From contig NC_086385.1 in NCBI RefSeq assembly GCF_036588685.1, positions 36,479,216 to 36,543,215 of the forward strand: DNA of 64,000 bases, read 5' to 3'. Position 1 is the stretch's first letter; each line of letters opens with the position of its first letter. This DNA comes from Mytilus trossulus (taxonomy: Eukaryota). The notes under the pieces are model-generated. The model saw only the letters and a list, made by a program, of their open reading frames with translations. It made no database searches and was not told where the DNA came from. The position numbers were made by a program, and so were the translations under genes. Positions 25,771 through 38,807 of this stretch are shown here, piece by piece.

Positions 25771-26556
25771 ATCCGCCAAAGTTGATATATATATTATAAG
25801 CAATTAAAATCAATCGTAAGGCATATAGCAATGAGAATACCTATACCAAATACTAAGTAGTCAGATAGAAAAGGCTCTGTCATGGCAAATATGAAACAAT
25901 TCATTTAAGAAATCTATCGGCATGTAATTACAAAGAATTAAAATTCATAAATGTGTTTGTATACTTATTCTTATCAGATGAGCTTTTAGTGTTGACAACG
26001 ACTATAATGACACAGTGGACGGTGTTGCTAGAAAAGTAACCATCTGACTCGTTGGAGTACACATTCAATATAAAGGAACCACACATAACTATTATAAAAG
26101 TGGGATTTGTTAGCTAGCCTTTTCTAAGGAAACGCCTGTTCCAAATCAGGATATTATGATTGTTTTTCACTCATTCAGTTGATTGATACCGTTTGATTGT
26201 GCCAGTTTTTATGGACTTTCTCTTTTAAAATAATCAAAGTATACATACTATCTTAATGATTTACTGGTTTGCATATTCTGCCCACGATTGCTATGTTTTG
26301 AAACTGGTAAAGATATTTAAAAACAATAGAAAAAAATCAAGTTTTCATCTTTTAATATAATATTCCTTAAAAGTTACATGTCTGTATAAACAATTGAAAA
26401 AAAACCAAAAGAATCCAAATACTTATTATTAATGGCAGATATATCATGACACGATAAATGTTATTTGAAATTTTATAATTATTCCAAATTTGCATGATCA
26501 TAAGCTTAGAAGATGTAATTGTTTTTAAATAGCATAACAATTACAGGTTCAATAAA

Positions 26557-28280
26557 TTAAACACGGAATGAAAAGGCCGCTTTGTTATAGTTTGCTACTA
26601 GAAGTAAGTTTTTGGTTTTATCAAAATGGATGGCACGCGGTTTTAAAAGTCCGTCACTAGCTCCAAAGTGCTCTTTAGCCTGCTTTCCGTCCGGTGATAT
26701 CATAATAATATTATTGAATCAAAACCAGCAACATAAATGTTAGAATAAAAATCTAAGGTAACGCCGCATGGGTTTCTGAGCAATGAATCAGAATATGTCC
26801 ATTTAACTTGTCCATTGAAATCGTAACACACGACAGAATGCTCATGACCGTTTGAATGAAAAATAAACTGATCATTTGAAGTTACGTAGGTTTCGTATAA
26901 TTCTCGAGAAACATTTCGCAGTTTGCAGACGTTGGTCAAGTTTTTTTGCAACTTGTCAAATATTGCAATCCCTGTCTCAGATATGCAACAGACAAATAAT
27001 TCATTGTGATAATGTAAGCCGTAAGAATATCCTCCCGTCTTAATAATTTGACAGGATTCTGCATTACCTCATGAAATATCAATCACGTTAATCCGATATG
27101 GAGGATTTCCCCCTCCTGATACAGCTACTGTATTTGAATCGATAACTGCAAGATCATATCCAATAGAATGTGACTGAGGGTTGATTGTAGATTTGGACCG
27201 GATTTCACCATTAGACGCATATTTCAACAGATTATTTTTGTACGCTTCTATAAATAACATGTTTCCATCTTCTAAAATTGCGCATCCAGTTAGACAATTG
27301 GCATCTATGTTAATCTTACGTACCAGTCTGGCATTAATGTTTTCAATTGTTTTTACTCCTGATATTGATTGAGAAAGCTGTGCTGATTTATCACCTTTCC
27401 AGGAAAAAGAAGTATGTTTTTTAGAATTTTCTACCTTTATATCACCAAATGACTTTATTTCGTTTCTTAACTCTTCCAGTTTATCATTGAACGTACAGTC
27501 CATTGTGAAGTTGTTGAGTTTACCATCATCATATAATTCTTGGACGTAAATTTCATTGGTTGAAACATTTTCCTGGAATGTCTTTGTTCCCATGAAGATT
27601 TGTAAATTGGATGCAAACAGTTTGACAGAATCAACATCTTCTTTAATGTCGTCTACTTTATTTTTTTCATTCTCTAATTTTGCAATCACTTTATTTATTT
27701 GCAGACAGTACTCAGTTTCCATTGCAGATGTCTTTTCTAGTAATGCATCTTCTAAATTGTCTAAGCGTGTATTGATTTCTTGACGTTTTTCCTTAATTTG
27801 CTCTGAAATCTTCTGCTTCTGTTCACGTAACTCGGTTAAATTTCGATATCTGTCCTTTAAAGCGGAACAAATATTAGTTTCTAGATCTTTGAGGGCTTTT
27901 TCAATGTTATGTAAAGATACGGGGTGATATCCTGTAGAAGGTGTTAGAAAATCCTCAAAGAAAATAGTTTCCTTGCATTCCTTATGACCTGATATCAAGC
28001 AAAGTTTGCAACAAAGAGAGTCATGAGATTTGCAATAAAATTCAAAAAAGCAGTCATGCTCCTCACAGTTAAGCTTTATTTTCTTGATGAAATATGGTAA
28101 TCTGTTATATTTTTCGAAAGAGATTGTCTGATGTGATTTTAACAATTTCGATATCTTATGATGATGTAAACAGTCTTCACACAGAGCCTCTTCACACTGA
28201 GGACAGTATTCCTCCGCTAATTTATTTATGTCCCTGCTTTGGCATATATCACAAAATGATACAACTTCATTATTGGCCAT
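26557..28280 (-). pseudogene. TRIM-like gene 2, disrupted in the propeller
   Basis: The 403-aa ORF ends at an in-frame TGA (27069-27071). The same frame continues with propeller sequence (ORF 26700..26951). A 1-bp frameshift near 26712 then leads to ISPDGKQAKEHFGASDGLLKPRAIHFDK...RV* ending at 26557. Confidence 0.82.
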
Positions 28281-28714
28281 ATCTGAATATTTGTTTGTCG
28301 TATTTGAGGTAAAAAATTGTGCTTTATAATATTCACTTCTCCAAATCTACAATCCACACATAACCTATCAAAAAAAATATGAATAGGGAAAATTATGTCT
28401 ACTAAAACGCTAAAATATACCCTTCTTGGTGAAGCAACGCAAATTAAAAGTTCCACAATCTATTGTTTTTAAACGAAATGAATTGAGAAAAAAAACCCAA
28501 TAAAAGTCAAACCAAATAAAATGAGGTATCTAAATTGTGTGCCCTAACAGTACACCAAAATGAGGAAATATGCAATGTTTTCAACTTAAACATTGTTTCA
28601 AAAACATAATTATATAAATATAGAATCAGTATTCAAAATTGAGCGAAATGGACTATTTTGGTTTTACATGACAGGTCATGTATGCATAACAAGAACTTTT
28701 TACAATGTAACCCG

Positions 28715-29540
28715 GTCTTGCGCCTAAAAGAAATAATCCACAATGTCTTTCAACATAAAAATGGTAGCATACGCTACAAATTTATTACTTTGGGATTTCA
28801 TAAGGCATATTTCGTTAATAGTGACAAACAAAACGGTAAAACATGCTACACAGAAGAACAAGTGGTCAGTATGCTGGAGTTTCTTAACGACAACATATTT
28901 GTTGAGTTTGGAGGAAGACTTTTCCAACAAATTGTCGGCATTCCTATGGGAACTAAATGTGCGCCTCTTCTTGCCGACCTTTTCTTATTTTCATATGAAT
29001 CAGAGTTCCTCCAGACACTTGCCAAAAACAAGAGGATCAAAGAAGCCAGATTATTTAATTTCACTTTCAGATATATTGATGATGTTCTTTCCTTAAACAA
29101 TACGAACTTTTCTGATTGGGTTCCATTAATATATCCTACCAGAACTAGAGATTAAAGAAACAACAGACACGGCTTCCTCCGCCTCATTTTTAGATTTATA
29201 TCTCAATTGACTTACACAGTCATCTCAGTACCAGAATCTATGACAAACGAGACGATTTTAATTTTGAAATTATAAATTTCCCCCACCTTAGTAGCAATAT
29301 ACCAACTTCACCTGCATATGGGATATTCATTTCCCAACTTATTCGATATTCAAGAGCTTGCAGCTCCTACTCAGAATTTGTAAAACGTCATCGGTGTCTG
29401 AGTAGAAAGTTGATGAACCAGGGGTATGTCAAAGAACGTCTCAGTCTTTTTCTAAAAAAGTTCATCGGAAGGTACCAAGACCTTGTTGATAAATATTCCG
29501 TATCCACTTCTCAAATAATACACGATGGTCTTGATTCCCC
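28715..29540 (+). mobile_element. Penelope-like RT fragment, second subfamily
   Basis: QIVGIPMGTKCAPLLADLFL, FRYIDDVLSLNN, YDKRDDF, SQLIRYSRAC; frameshifted. Confidence 0.85.
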
Positions 29541-30902
29541 ATTTCCATTCTCAATTTTATTGATTTATAGATTCTGCGTACTGATGTTGTTTATCATCTT
29601 AACAACGTGTTTTATTGTTCTTTCATTTTATTTTGTTCTATTGTTGAAGTTACTTTTACTGTTGAATGGTTTTATGTGATATCCGTTTGACGTGGCTTGG
29701 TACTTATACATCTCATCAATGTGATTGTATTGGCTTTCATTTTTTGGAGGTTTGTTTTGTATAACGACTTTTTGTATTTCTTTTGTTCTTATAACGTGAC
29801 TCTGTACTTTAAAAGATCCCGTCAGTATGATACTGTTCTATTATATGTCATTATGATATATTTCTATTATGAATTACTATGTATGTTGAACCACAAACGT
29901 CAAAATCATTCAATCGCGTAGTGGAATAAACTATTTGTGGATTCTTATAAATTCTATGTATAACTTTTGGACTAGTTTATATCTCGGTCTATTTCTGAAA
30001 CTTATTCTTACATACTTTTGATTTTGCAACCCTGTATGCTTACATTGCCTATGTACATTTTAAAATTGTTTGTATGAACATTGAACGACACATTTATGTG
30101 ACGTATTGAAAAAAAATTCTGACGTCAGACACTCAAATCAATCAACGTGTTGTAGATAGTAGATGTTTATGTGTTCTGTTAAATTGTTCCTTTTAAAATT
30201 GTTATACGATGATGACTGATGTACCCATATTTTGACTATTTTATTTATTATTATTAATGTGAGAGGGTTAGCGCTATAGATCCATGTTTAATTCACCATT
30301 TCTACATTTGAAAATGCCTGTACAAAGTCAGGAATATGACAGTTCTTGTCCATTCGTTTTTGATGCTATTTGTTATTTGATTTTGCCATGTGATTATGGA
30401 CTTTCCGAATCGATTTTCCTCTAAGTTCAGTATTTTTGTGATTTTTACTTTTTGCTACTTTTGATGATTTTTTCTTTCACCTTGATTTGCATTATTAAAA
30501 TGGATTGGTAAGATTTGAAGACATGTAAAATACTGTTGACTAAGATTAGACAGCTGATTTTGATTGGGTAATATTAAGCAATGATTAAGAAGTGAAAAGG
30601 TTAGACAATGCAAACCCTGTGTGCAATTTTTTGATTCTTGTTGTTTCATTTAAAATCTATTTCAGATTACAAATTAAATGAATAAAACTATGTATATCTA
30701 TCGAAACCGTTTTCCATGACAGATATGGAGTCCTAAAGAGCAAACTTCTTTAAACGAACGAATCATTTAAGAATAAAGACCAACGTGAATTCTTTATTAT
30801 ATAAACTTATTACTAGATTTTTGAAAAAAATTATGCACAATACATTATTTCAATACGTCAATCCGACTATTTTCTCAATATTTTCAATCAATTTTAAACT
30901 TA

Positions 30903-31355
30903 AAGAGGAGCGAAAGATACAAGAGGGACAATCAAACTCAAAGATTGAAAATGAAGTGACAACGCAATGGCTAAAATAAATAAAAAGACAAACAGACAAA
31001 TAAATGGATAGAAGACACACTATAGATAACTAAATACTAAGCACCACGAACCCCACAAAAAACTGGGGGCAATCTCAGGTGCTCTGGAAGGGTAAGCAGA
31101 TACTGCTCCACATGTGGCACCCGCCGTGTTGCTTACGTTATTACAAATACGGTAAATTGTCTAATTTGGTAGGTCACATTCGTGAAAAGGGAAGGGGTAC
31201 TGTAGTTATATCCGTAATCATCTGTGAAACCGTTATTCAATCACCAACTCGTGATGGCTTCCGTAATATTGACGAAGGGATGATTTCAATTTCACCATTT
31301 GGAACTCTTGGTTTAATAGCTTCCTTGTGAGCAGCAATCCTCTATCAAGGAAATC
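30903..31355 (-). mobile_element. Penelope-like 3'-end fragment
   Basis: Reverse-strand match to 25230-25770. Confidence 0.75.
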
Positions 31356-31494
31356 TATAATTTAATGCATATTCCTCAATTGATGTATATAAACTGGACT
31401 TATACTATAAAAAACTTGGCATGGCATTTGTGCCATTGCTTTATTTTTATCTCATAACAAAGGTTCCAGTAAAAGAAGATTGACTGATACAGTA

Positions 31495-33225
31495 TCAATA
31501 TATTTTATGTAACGTTAAATAGGAATGCAGCTCCCTTATAGTTTGTGACAAGAAGTAGGTTTTTGTTTTTATCAAAATAAATGGCGCGTGGATTTGAAAT
31601 TCGTCTTTAGCTCCATTAAGTTCTTTGGCCTGCTTTCCATCTTTGGATATCACTACGACATTGTTTGATTCAGAACCAGCAACATAAATGTTAGAATAAG
31701 AATCTAAGGTGATGCCAGACGGTTGTCTCAGTATCGAATCGCAGTATTTCCATTGTACCTGCCCGCTAAAATCGTAACAAACAACAGAATGGTCACGCCA
31801 GTTTGTATGAAAAATGTGATTTTTGTTTGAGGTAACGTAGGTTTTATCCACCATTCCAGGTGCATTTGGCAATATCCGGGCATTAGTCAAATTGTCGTGC
31901 GATCTGTCAAATATTTTAATGCCATTCATATACGTGCAACAAATAAATGAATTGTTGTTGTAGCTTAAACCGCAACACCAGTCCCCAAGTTGAAAAATTT
32001 GACTAGTCTTTGTAGTATTCATATCAATCAAGTAAATCTGTTGAGGGTAGTTTCCACCACTTGATACAGCTACCGTATTAAAATCAATCAATGCAAGTTC
32101 AAACCCAATGCCTTCTGCCTGTGGGTTGATAACCGATTTTGAAATAAATATACCATTTCGTGAATATTTTATCAGACTATTGTTGTGTTTGTGAAGAAAC
32201 ATCATGTTTCCACTTTCTGATATGACACATCCAGAAAGGCCATTGACATCTATGTTAATCTTACGTATCAGTCTGACATTTATATTTTCAATAGAGTTTG
32301 CTCCTAATATAGATTTATAAAGCTGTGCTGATTTATCACCTCTCCAGGAAAAAGAAATATGTTTATCACAATTGCCTCCCTTTATGTCACCAAATACCTT
32401 TACTTCATCTCTTAACTCTTCCAGTTTTTCATTGAACGTACATTCCATGGTGATGTTGTTAAGATTCCCATTATCGTATAATACTTGGACGTTAATTTCA
32501 TTGGTTGAAACATTTTCCTGGAATGTCTTTGTTCCCATGAAGATTTGTAAATTGGATGCAAACATTTTGACAGATGCAACAGCTTCTATAATTTCGTCTA
32601 CTTTCTTTTTTTCATCCTCTAATTTTGCAATCACTTTATTTATTTTCAGACAGTACTCATCCTCCATTGCAGATGCCTTTTCTAGTAATGCATCTTCTAA
32701 ATTGTCTAAGCGTGTATTGATTTCTTGGCGTTTTTCCTTAATTTGCTCTGAAATCTTCTGCTTCTGTTCACGTAATTCTGTTAAGTTTCGGTTTCTGTCC
32801 TTTATAGCTGAACAGATATTACTTTCGAGATCTTTGAGGGATTTTTCAATGTTATCTAAAGCTACGGGTTGATATCCTGTAGAATGTGTTAGAAAATCCT
32901 CAATGAAAATAGTTTCCTTGCATTCCTTATGACCAGATATCAAGCACAGTTTGCAGCAAAGAGAGTCATGAGCTTTGCAATAAAACTCAAGGAAGCAGTC
33001 ATGCTCCTCACAGTTATGCTTCATTTGCTTGATGAAACATGGTAATTTGTTATATTTTTCTAAAGAGATTGTCTGATGTGATTTTGTTGATTTCGATATC
33101 TTATGATGATGTTCACAGTCTCCACAAAGAGCCTCTTCACATTGCGGACAATATTCCTCCGCCAACTTATTTTGGTACCTGGTTAGACAAATGTTGCAGC
33201 ATGATTCAATTTCGTTAGTGGTCAT
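31495..33225 (-). CDS. TRIM-like protein 3 (576 aa as read), with a probable 1-bp frameshift in the last propeller blade
   Basis: Same domain order as the paralogs. After ELNGAKD (~31600) the ORF loses homology, while a shifted frame reads ISNPRAIYFDKNKNLLLVTNYKGAAFLFNVT*, matching the paralog C-termini. Confidence 0.8.
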   Translation of the reverse strand: MTTNEIESCCNICLTRYQNKLAEEYCPQCEEALCGDCEHHHKISKSTKSHQTISLEKYNKLPCFIKQMKHNCEEHDCFLEFYCKAHDSLCCKLCLISGHKECKETIFIEDFLTHSTGYQPVALDNIEKSLKDLESNICSAIKDRNRNLTELREQKQKISEQIKEKRQEINTRLDNLEDALLEKASAMEDEYCLKINKVIAKLEDEKKKVDEIIEAVASVKMFASNLQIFMGTKTFQENVSTNEINVQVLYDNGNLNNITMECTFNEKLEELRDEVKVFGDIKGGNCDKHISFSWRGDKSAQLYKSILGANSIENINVRLIRKINIDVNGLSGCVISESGNMMFLHKHNNSLIKYSRNGIFISKSVINPQAEGIGFELALIDFNTVAVSSGGNYPQQIYLIDMNTTKTSQIFQLGDWCCGLSYNNNSFICCTYMNGIKIFDRSHDNLTNARILPNAPGMVDKTYVTSNKNHIFHTNWRDHSVVCYDFSGQVQWKYCDSILRQPSGITLDSYSNIYVAGSESNNVVVISKDGKQAKELNGAKDEFQIHAPFILIKTKTYFLSQTIRELHSYLTLHKIY

Positions 33226-36200
33226 TTCTGAAAGTTACGTGTCTTATTTGTACACAAAGATGGTGCCTTATGATATCCACTTCACCCAATCTAAAATCCA
33301 CACGTTGAACCTATGTAAAAATATGATTACAGACAATTGTGTTTACTAAAAAGCTAAAATATATAATTTTTGGCTAAGCAACGAAAACTGAAATGCCCAT
33401 TCATATTGTGAATATCTAACAAGTCCCACAGTAAGCTAGTTTTATACGAAAAGAATAGAAAAAAAATGAGGTTTCTAAAAGTCATGAGACCTAAGAGTAA
33501 ATTAAACTGAGAAGTTTATGCAATGTTTACAACTTTAACTTGGTTCAAAAATGAAAAAAATAACAAAAAGTATTGAAAATTGAGCAAAATAGAATATTTT
33601 GGTTTCGCAAGACAGATCTTTCATGCATAACACAAAATGTTTACACTGTTGACAAGCCTGGATTCGCTCCATTTCGCGGAATTATAATTGATTACTACAC
33701 TTACATTTGAACTAGAATCATACTTTGGTACAAACTAAGGGTGTAATAAAGAGCCCTTTTAAATGTGTTTGTTAGTACATGTTCTTTGTTATTTCAAGTT
33801 ATTTTCACTCATTCCACAAGTACATTAAAAGTAGTTTATTTGCTGGCTCACTTTTCTAATTGTAAAACTGTATAGGAATAGTATATACTCAGATGCTAGA
33901 TACATGTAGGCAGCTCTTAAGATATAGGGTTGAAAGAGCAAACCCCATTACACAAACAATTATATAAGCGGAAAGAAACACGCATATCCTAAATTGATAC
34001 GCATATATAATCTAATTACCAGATACATTGTTTCCGCGTTTATTTCTATAAAATCAACAGACCATGTGTGGTTTGACTTGCGGTATCTTGCACGCTTTGT
34101 TATCCGACAAGGACATCATACTCTTACGTGTTGATATCTTATGGTTAAATTCTAAATAATTCTTATCATTCTTTGATGTGAACCTTGTAGTTTGTTTGTG
34201 TGGTTTATAAGTTTTCTTTGTTTCTCGTTTTTATATAGGCCGCCATACTTTGTGTACTGTTTGATCTACGGTTGTGGTTTTTAGGTGTACTCTTGTTATT
34301 GCTGGATTGAAGGTTTCAAATATTTAATTTAAAGGCGATCAATTGAAAAAAGACATGACCCTTTATTAAATTCAGAATTTAGAATTTTACTTGTTCTTAC
34401 CTGATTGTAACATCATACAAATTATAGTTGTTGTGGATCTTCATACATTTTAAACTTTTCTATCTACACTTATTGATTTTACCTGTAATAATACACGTAC
34501 ACTAGTGTGTAAAATACCAGTTCAAGTTGGACACAATATAGATATCAGAAATATCTGGATAACCTTCTCTCTATTGATTACGTAATTCAACAACGTTCAT
34601 TTAAGTACCTTTTTGTGTGACCGAAAAATGAAAGATAGATTTTGATTTTTTTTTCTTTAATCGACGTTTATCCTGGGCTGAAAGTTTAACCAAGTCGATA
34701 GTTTGTCGTGAAAATAAGACTTGCTGTATGAAGACGGTCGCTCTTTTACTTTAAATCTTCACACGTATTTTAACGAATATACTACAATGACTGTAATATG
34801 TGTATTTCATTTTGTAACTCGACTTTGTTTTTTCTCAATTGATTTATGACTTTTGAACAGGGATAAACTACTGTTGCCTTTGCTTATGTATAATCAATTG
34901 CCCTAATCTCATTTGAGTAAACACATACAAATATAAAATACACATAATTGACATGTAATCATTTTGTCTCCTTAATAAATCAATACAGTAATTCTCCAGT
35001 ACACAACGTTTGGTCCCTTCTTTTACTCAAACTTAATATGACACAAATACAAACTATACTTTTTAGATAGATAAGTCTTTGTTATTCAACATTGATTAAA
35101 TACATAGAATGTAACAAAATGTTCGAGTATTATAATATTTCGAACTACTGTATTATTAGTCTGTAAACACTAATGTTTATCGACTTTAATCTTAATTGTC
35201 ATTTCTCTGAACCATAGATCGGTGGTTCTCTCTAGACCATTCGGCTCCTCCATCAATAAAAACTACAAAAAGACACTAGTGATGAAAGCGGAGTTATACG
35301 CAAGTCAACCAATCAAGATACTACATGTTCTGTTCTTAAAATATTATTACTGGTCATGATAGTATTGCTATTTTTAGATTATCGTTTATCATCTCAACGA
35401 GATTGATTTTCTTGCCTAAGCCGGTACACTGAAAATTAGAAAGCAATCAAATTGAGATGACCAATGATAAACTGTTTATCGCTATTTTACTTATGACGAC
35501 TTCGTTAATTTCATTGACAACGGACAACTGCGCTCCTAATTTCTAGCGACAATTGTTCATAACACTGTGACGAGAGAGGAAGATATCAGTAAGTAAGATC
35601 AAAATAAAACTTCTTGAAATTGCTCTAATTGTAGTTTTTAACTGATTATTTTGAAAATGCATGATTTTTTTTATGCTTACCTCTTGTCATAACGCAAAAA
35701 GCAAGTAATCAGTCAATTAAAATGATACCGTACTTCATACTCATTTTATACCATATAAGATTAAAACCATCTGTTATTTAACTCGAACGAAGATGATCCT
35801 CATTTGAAATATAGCTTTATAAATACGATGTGATATGATTGTCAACTCACACCAATTGTCAAAGAGAATAAGTAACCAGTATAGTCAGATATTGAAAAAT
35901 TCACCCCATTTCCCTTCTATAAGTATTACTAAGTGTCAATGGTGATATGCAAATAGTGTGTCCAATTATCAGTTGGTTTTTTTTATTGCCGAAAGTTTTT
36001 GCCACTCGACACAAAGAAAACAACGATCTTTAGTCAATTTACATCATCCAACTAGAAAGTTTTCCATCTGACATGATTATTTACGAGTTAAGAAATGGTT
36101 TGGATACTGACATCATAAACATTAGCTGCTGTCATCGATATCTTTATTTTCATTTACTTAACTGACATAATTTAATTTTTCAACAGTTGAGTTTTCACTT

Positions 36201-37091
36201 TACTTCACCATCAATAATTTCAAGTGTTTCTCCCTTTTTTGGTACAAACTAACAAACATATCAAACTATTCTTTTTCTATAAATTTTATGAAACGTTTTT
36301 CAATATTCTACATTCTCCATCTTAGGATTTTGTTACTATAGTTACATATATCAGTGACGTATACCTTGTTTCATTGAACATGTGCACATGATTAATGACA
36401 ATATATAGATAGCCATGTATTTTATTTTCGGTTAATTTTGTTTTTAAGGTTGTTGCCCCATTGAAATATTACATATCACCCTTTGTTAGTTTCATCACAA
36501 AAAAACGAAAAAAAACAACTTAAATGACGAACTACGGAATGAGGACAAATTACAATCATTCTATCAATTCATTTCAATTAAATTAATTTAAAAAAAACCC
36601 GGAAATTTCGGGATGATGTAGTTTAAGAGCCAATACGAAAACAACTTGATTTTCTGAACTATTTCTATTAAAGTTATGAATTTCAACATACTGTTCGGGA
36701 AGTTATTGAGTTAAAGACAAACATTTTTTCCCTTAGAAAGTAGTACTATGTATTCTTGCATCTTTTTAATGAATACGTTATAATGACCGTGTTCATTGGA
36801 CTACTTTTGTTACCAATAAAGTGACTTAACAATTATTGACACATAAACTATAAAAGAGGGGGTTATATTTACGATTAAGCATTGACGAAATAGTAAAAGA
36901 AAACAAAAATAGATGTATTTTGTATTGAGGAATTGAAATGTATGTGAGATGGCTCGCTAGTTGTAATTGAAGTCTGCAAATAGTATTTATTCTATAAGTT
37001 CGATAAAATTACTCTGAGGCTTTTATCTAATTCTGAACTTGCTAGTAAAGATGTGATTCCAGTTGTAAAAGGTTTATTGTATTTTTATGCC

Positions 37092-38807
37092 TTAAATAAC
37101 ATCATACACCGAGGCACCATTTTTATAGTTTGCTACTAGAAGCAATTGTTTTGTTTTATGAAAGAACAGGGCACGAGGATCTGCAAGTCCATCACTAGCT
37201 CCAATTAGCTCTTTTGCCTGTTTTCCATCAGGAGATATCACGACTACATTGTTCGAGTCAGAACCTGCAACATAAATATTCGAATTAGTATCTAATGTGA
37301 TGCCGTATGGTTTTCTAAGCAATGTAGAATCCACATATCTCCATTGTACCTGCCCACTGAAATCGTAACATACAACAGAATCATCATGCCAATTGGTATG
37401 AAAAATGTGATTTGCATTTGAGGCAACGTAGGTATGAGCCGCCGTTTTGGGAGAATTTGGAAGTAACCGGACGTTAGAGTTCGACCTGTCATATATTTTT
37501 ATGCCATTATTATACGTGCAACAAATAAATGAATCGTTGCTGTAGCTTATACCGAAACACCAGTCCCCCAGTTGAAAAACTTGACTCGTTTTTGTACTAT
37601 TCATATCAATAAAGTAAATCTGTTGAAGATGGTTTACACCACTTGATACAGCAACCGTATTAGAATCAATCACTGCAAGGTCATACCCAATGTCGCTCGC
37701 CGCTGGGTTGATACGTGATTCTGAAATAAATGCACCATTAGGCGCATATTTCATCATACTTTTGTTGTGTCCTTGTAGAAATAGCTTGTTTCCATCTTCT
37801 GATATGGCACATCCAGAAATACTTTCGCTATTAATGTTAATCCTACGTCCTACCCTGACTTTTATGGTTTCAATAGATTTTGCTACTGACTTTGGTTTAA
37901 AAATTTGTGCTGATATGTCACCTTTCCATAAAAAAGAAACATGTTTTTCACTATTATCAATTTCTACATCACCAAATGTTTTTATGTGTTTTATAAACCT
38001 CTCTAGCTTTTCATTGAAAGTAAATTTCATTGTCACGTTGTTTAAGCTCCCTTTGTCATATATTTGTTGGACGTTGATTTCATTGTTTGAAATTCTTTCT
38101 TGGAATGCCTTTGTTCCCATGAATATTTGCAAATTGGATGCAAACATTTTAACAGATTCAACATCTTTTTGAATTCCTTCTACTTTTTCTTTTTCGTCCT
38201 CCAATTTCGTAATTATTTCTTCTACTTTCTCACAGTTTGTCTTCCCAACTGTAGATGCCTTTTCTTGTAATTCTTCTTCTAAATGGTCTAAAAATGCATT
38301 AATTTCGTTACGCTTGTCTTTGATATGTTCAGAAATAACCCGCTTCTGTTCACGTAATTCCGTTAAATTTCTTTTTCTATCCTTTATAGCAGACGAAATG
38401 TTACTTTCCATATTTTTCAGAACTTTTTCAATGTTATTCAAAGCTACTGATTGGTATCCTTTTGAAGGCGAAAGAAAATCTTCTATAAAAATAATTTCCT
38501 TGCATTCTTTGTGAGCTGATATCGAACAAATTTTGCAACATAGTAAGTCATGAAATTTGCAATAGAATTCAAGGATACAGTCATGCTCCTCACAGTTATG
38601 GCTAATTTTCTTGATAAATGATGGTAATTTGTTTAAGTTTTCTATTGAGATTGTTTGATGTGATTTTGATACTTTTGATATCTTATGATTGTCTCTGCAG
38701 TCGCCACAAAGAGCCTCTTCACAATGTGGACAGTATTCCTCCGCTGACTTATTAAGGTCTCTGTGTTTGCAAATGTCACAGAATAATGCACATTTTTTGG
38801 CGGCCAT
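37092..38807 (-). CDS. TRIM-like protein 4 (571 aa), intact
   Basis: B-box1, B-box2, coiled coil and NHL-like repeats (LRKPYGITLDTNSNIYVAG, LADPRALFF) in one uninterrupted ORF. Confidence 0.9.
   Translation of the reverse strand: MAAKKCALFCDICKHRDLNKSAEEYCPHCEEALCGDCRDNHKISKVSKSHQTISIENLNKLPSFIKKISHNCEEHDCILEFYCKFHDLLCCKICSISAHKECKEIIFIEDFLSPSKGYQSVALNNIEKVLKNMESNISSAIKDRKRNLTELREQKRVISEHIKDKRNEINAFLDHLEEELQEKASTVGKTNCEKVEEIITKLEDEKEKVEGIQKDVESVKMFASNLQIFMGTKAFQERISNNEINVQQIYDKGSLNNVTMKFTFNEKLERFIKHIKTFGDVEIDNSEKHVSFLWKGDISAQIFKPKSVAKSIETIKVRVGRRININSESISGCAISEDGNKLFLQGHNKSMMKYAPNGAFISESRINPAASDIGYDLAVIDSNTVAVSSGVNHLQQIYFIDMNSTKTSQVFQLGDWCFGISYSNDSFICCTYNNGIKIYDRSNSNVRLLPNSPKTAAHTYVASNANHIFHTNWHDDSVVCYDFSGQVQWRYVDSTLLRKPYGITLDTNSNIYVAGSDSNNVVVISPDGKQAKELIGASDGLADPRALFFHKTKQLLLVANYKNGASVYDVI

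Noticed and set aside
27069-27071. In-frame TGA in TRIM2 as selenocysteine or readthrough
   Set aside because: The position is not a conserved Cys in the paralogs, and a downstream frameshift also breaks the gene.
32372-32872. Antisense ORFs over TRIM genes (also 37690-38172)
   Set aside because: They are shadow frames of coiled-coil coding sequence with no independent motifs.
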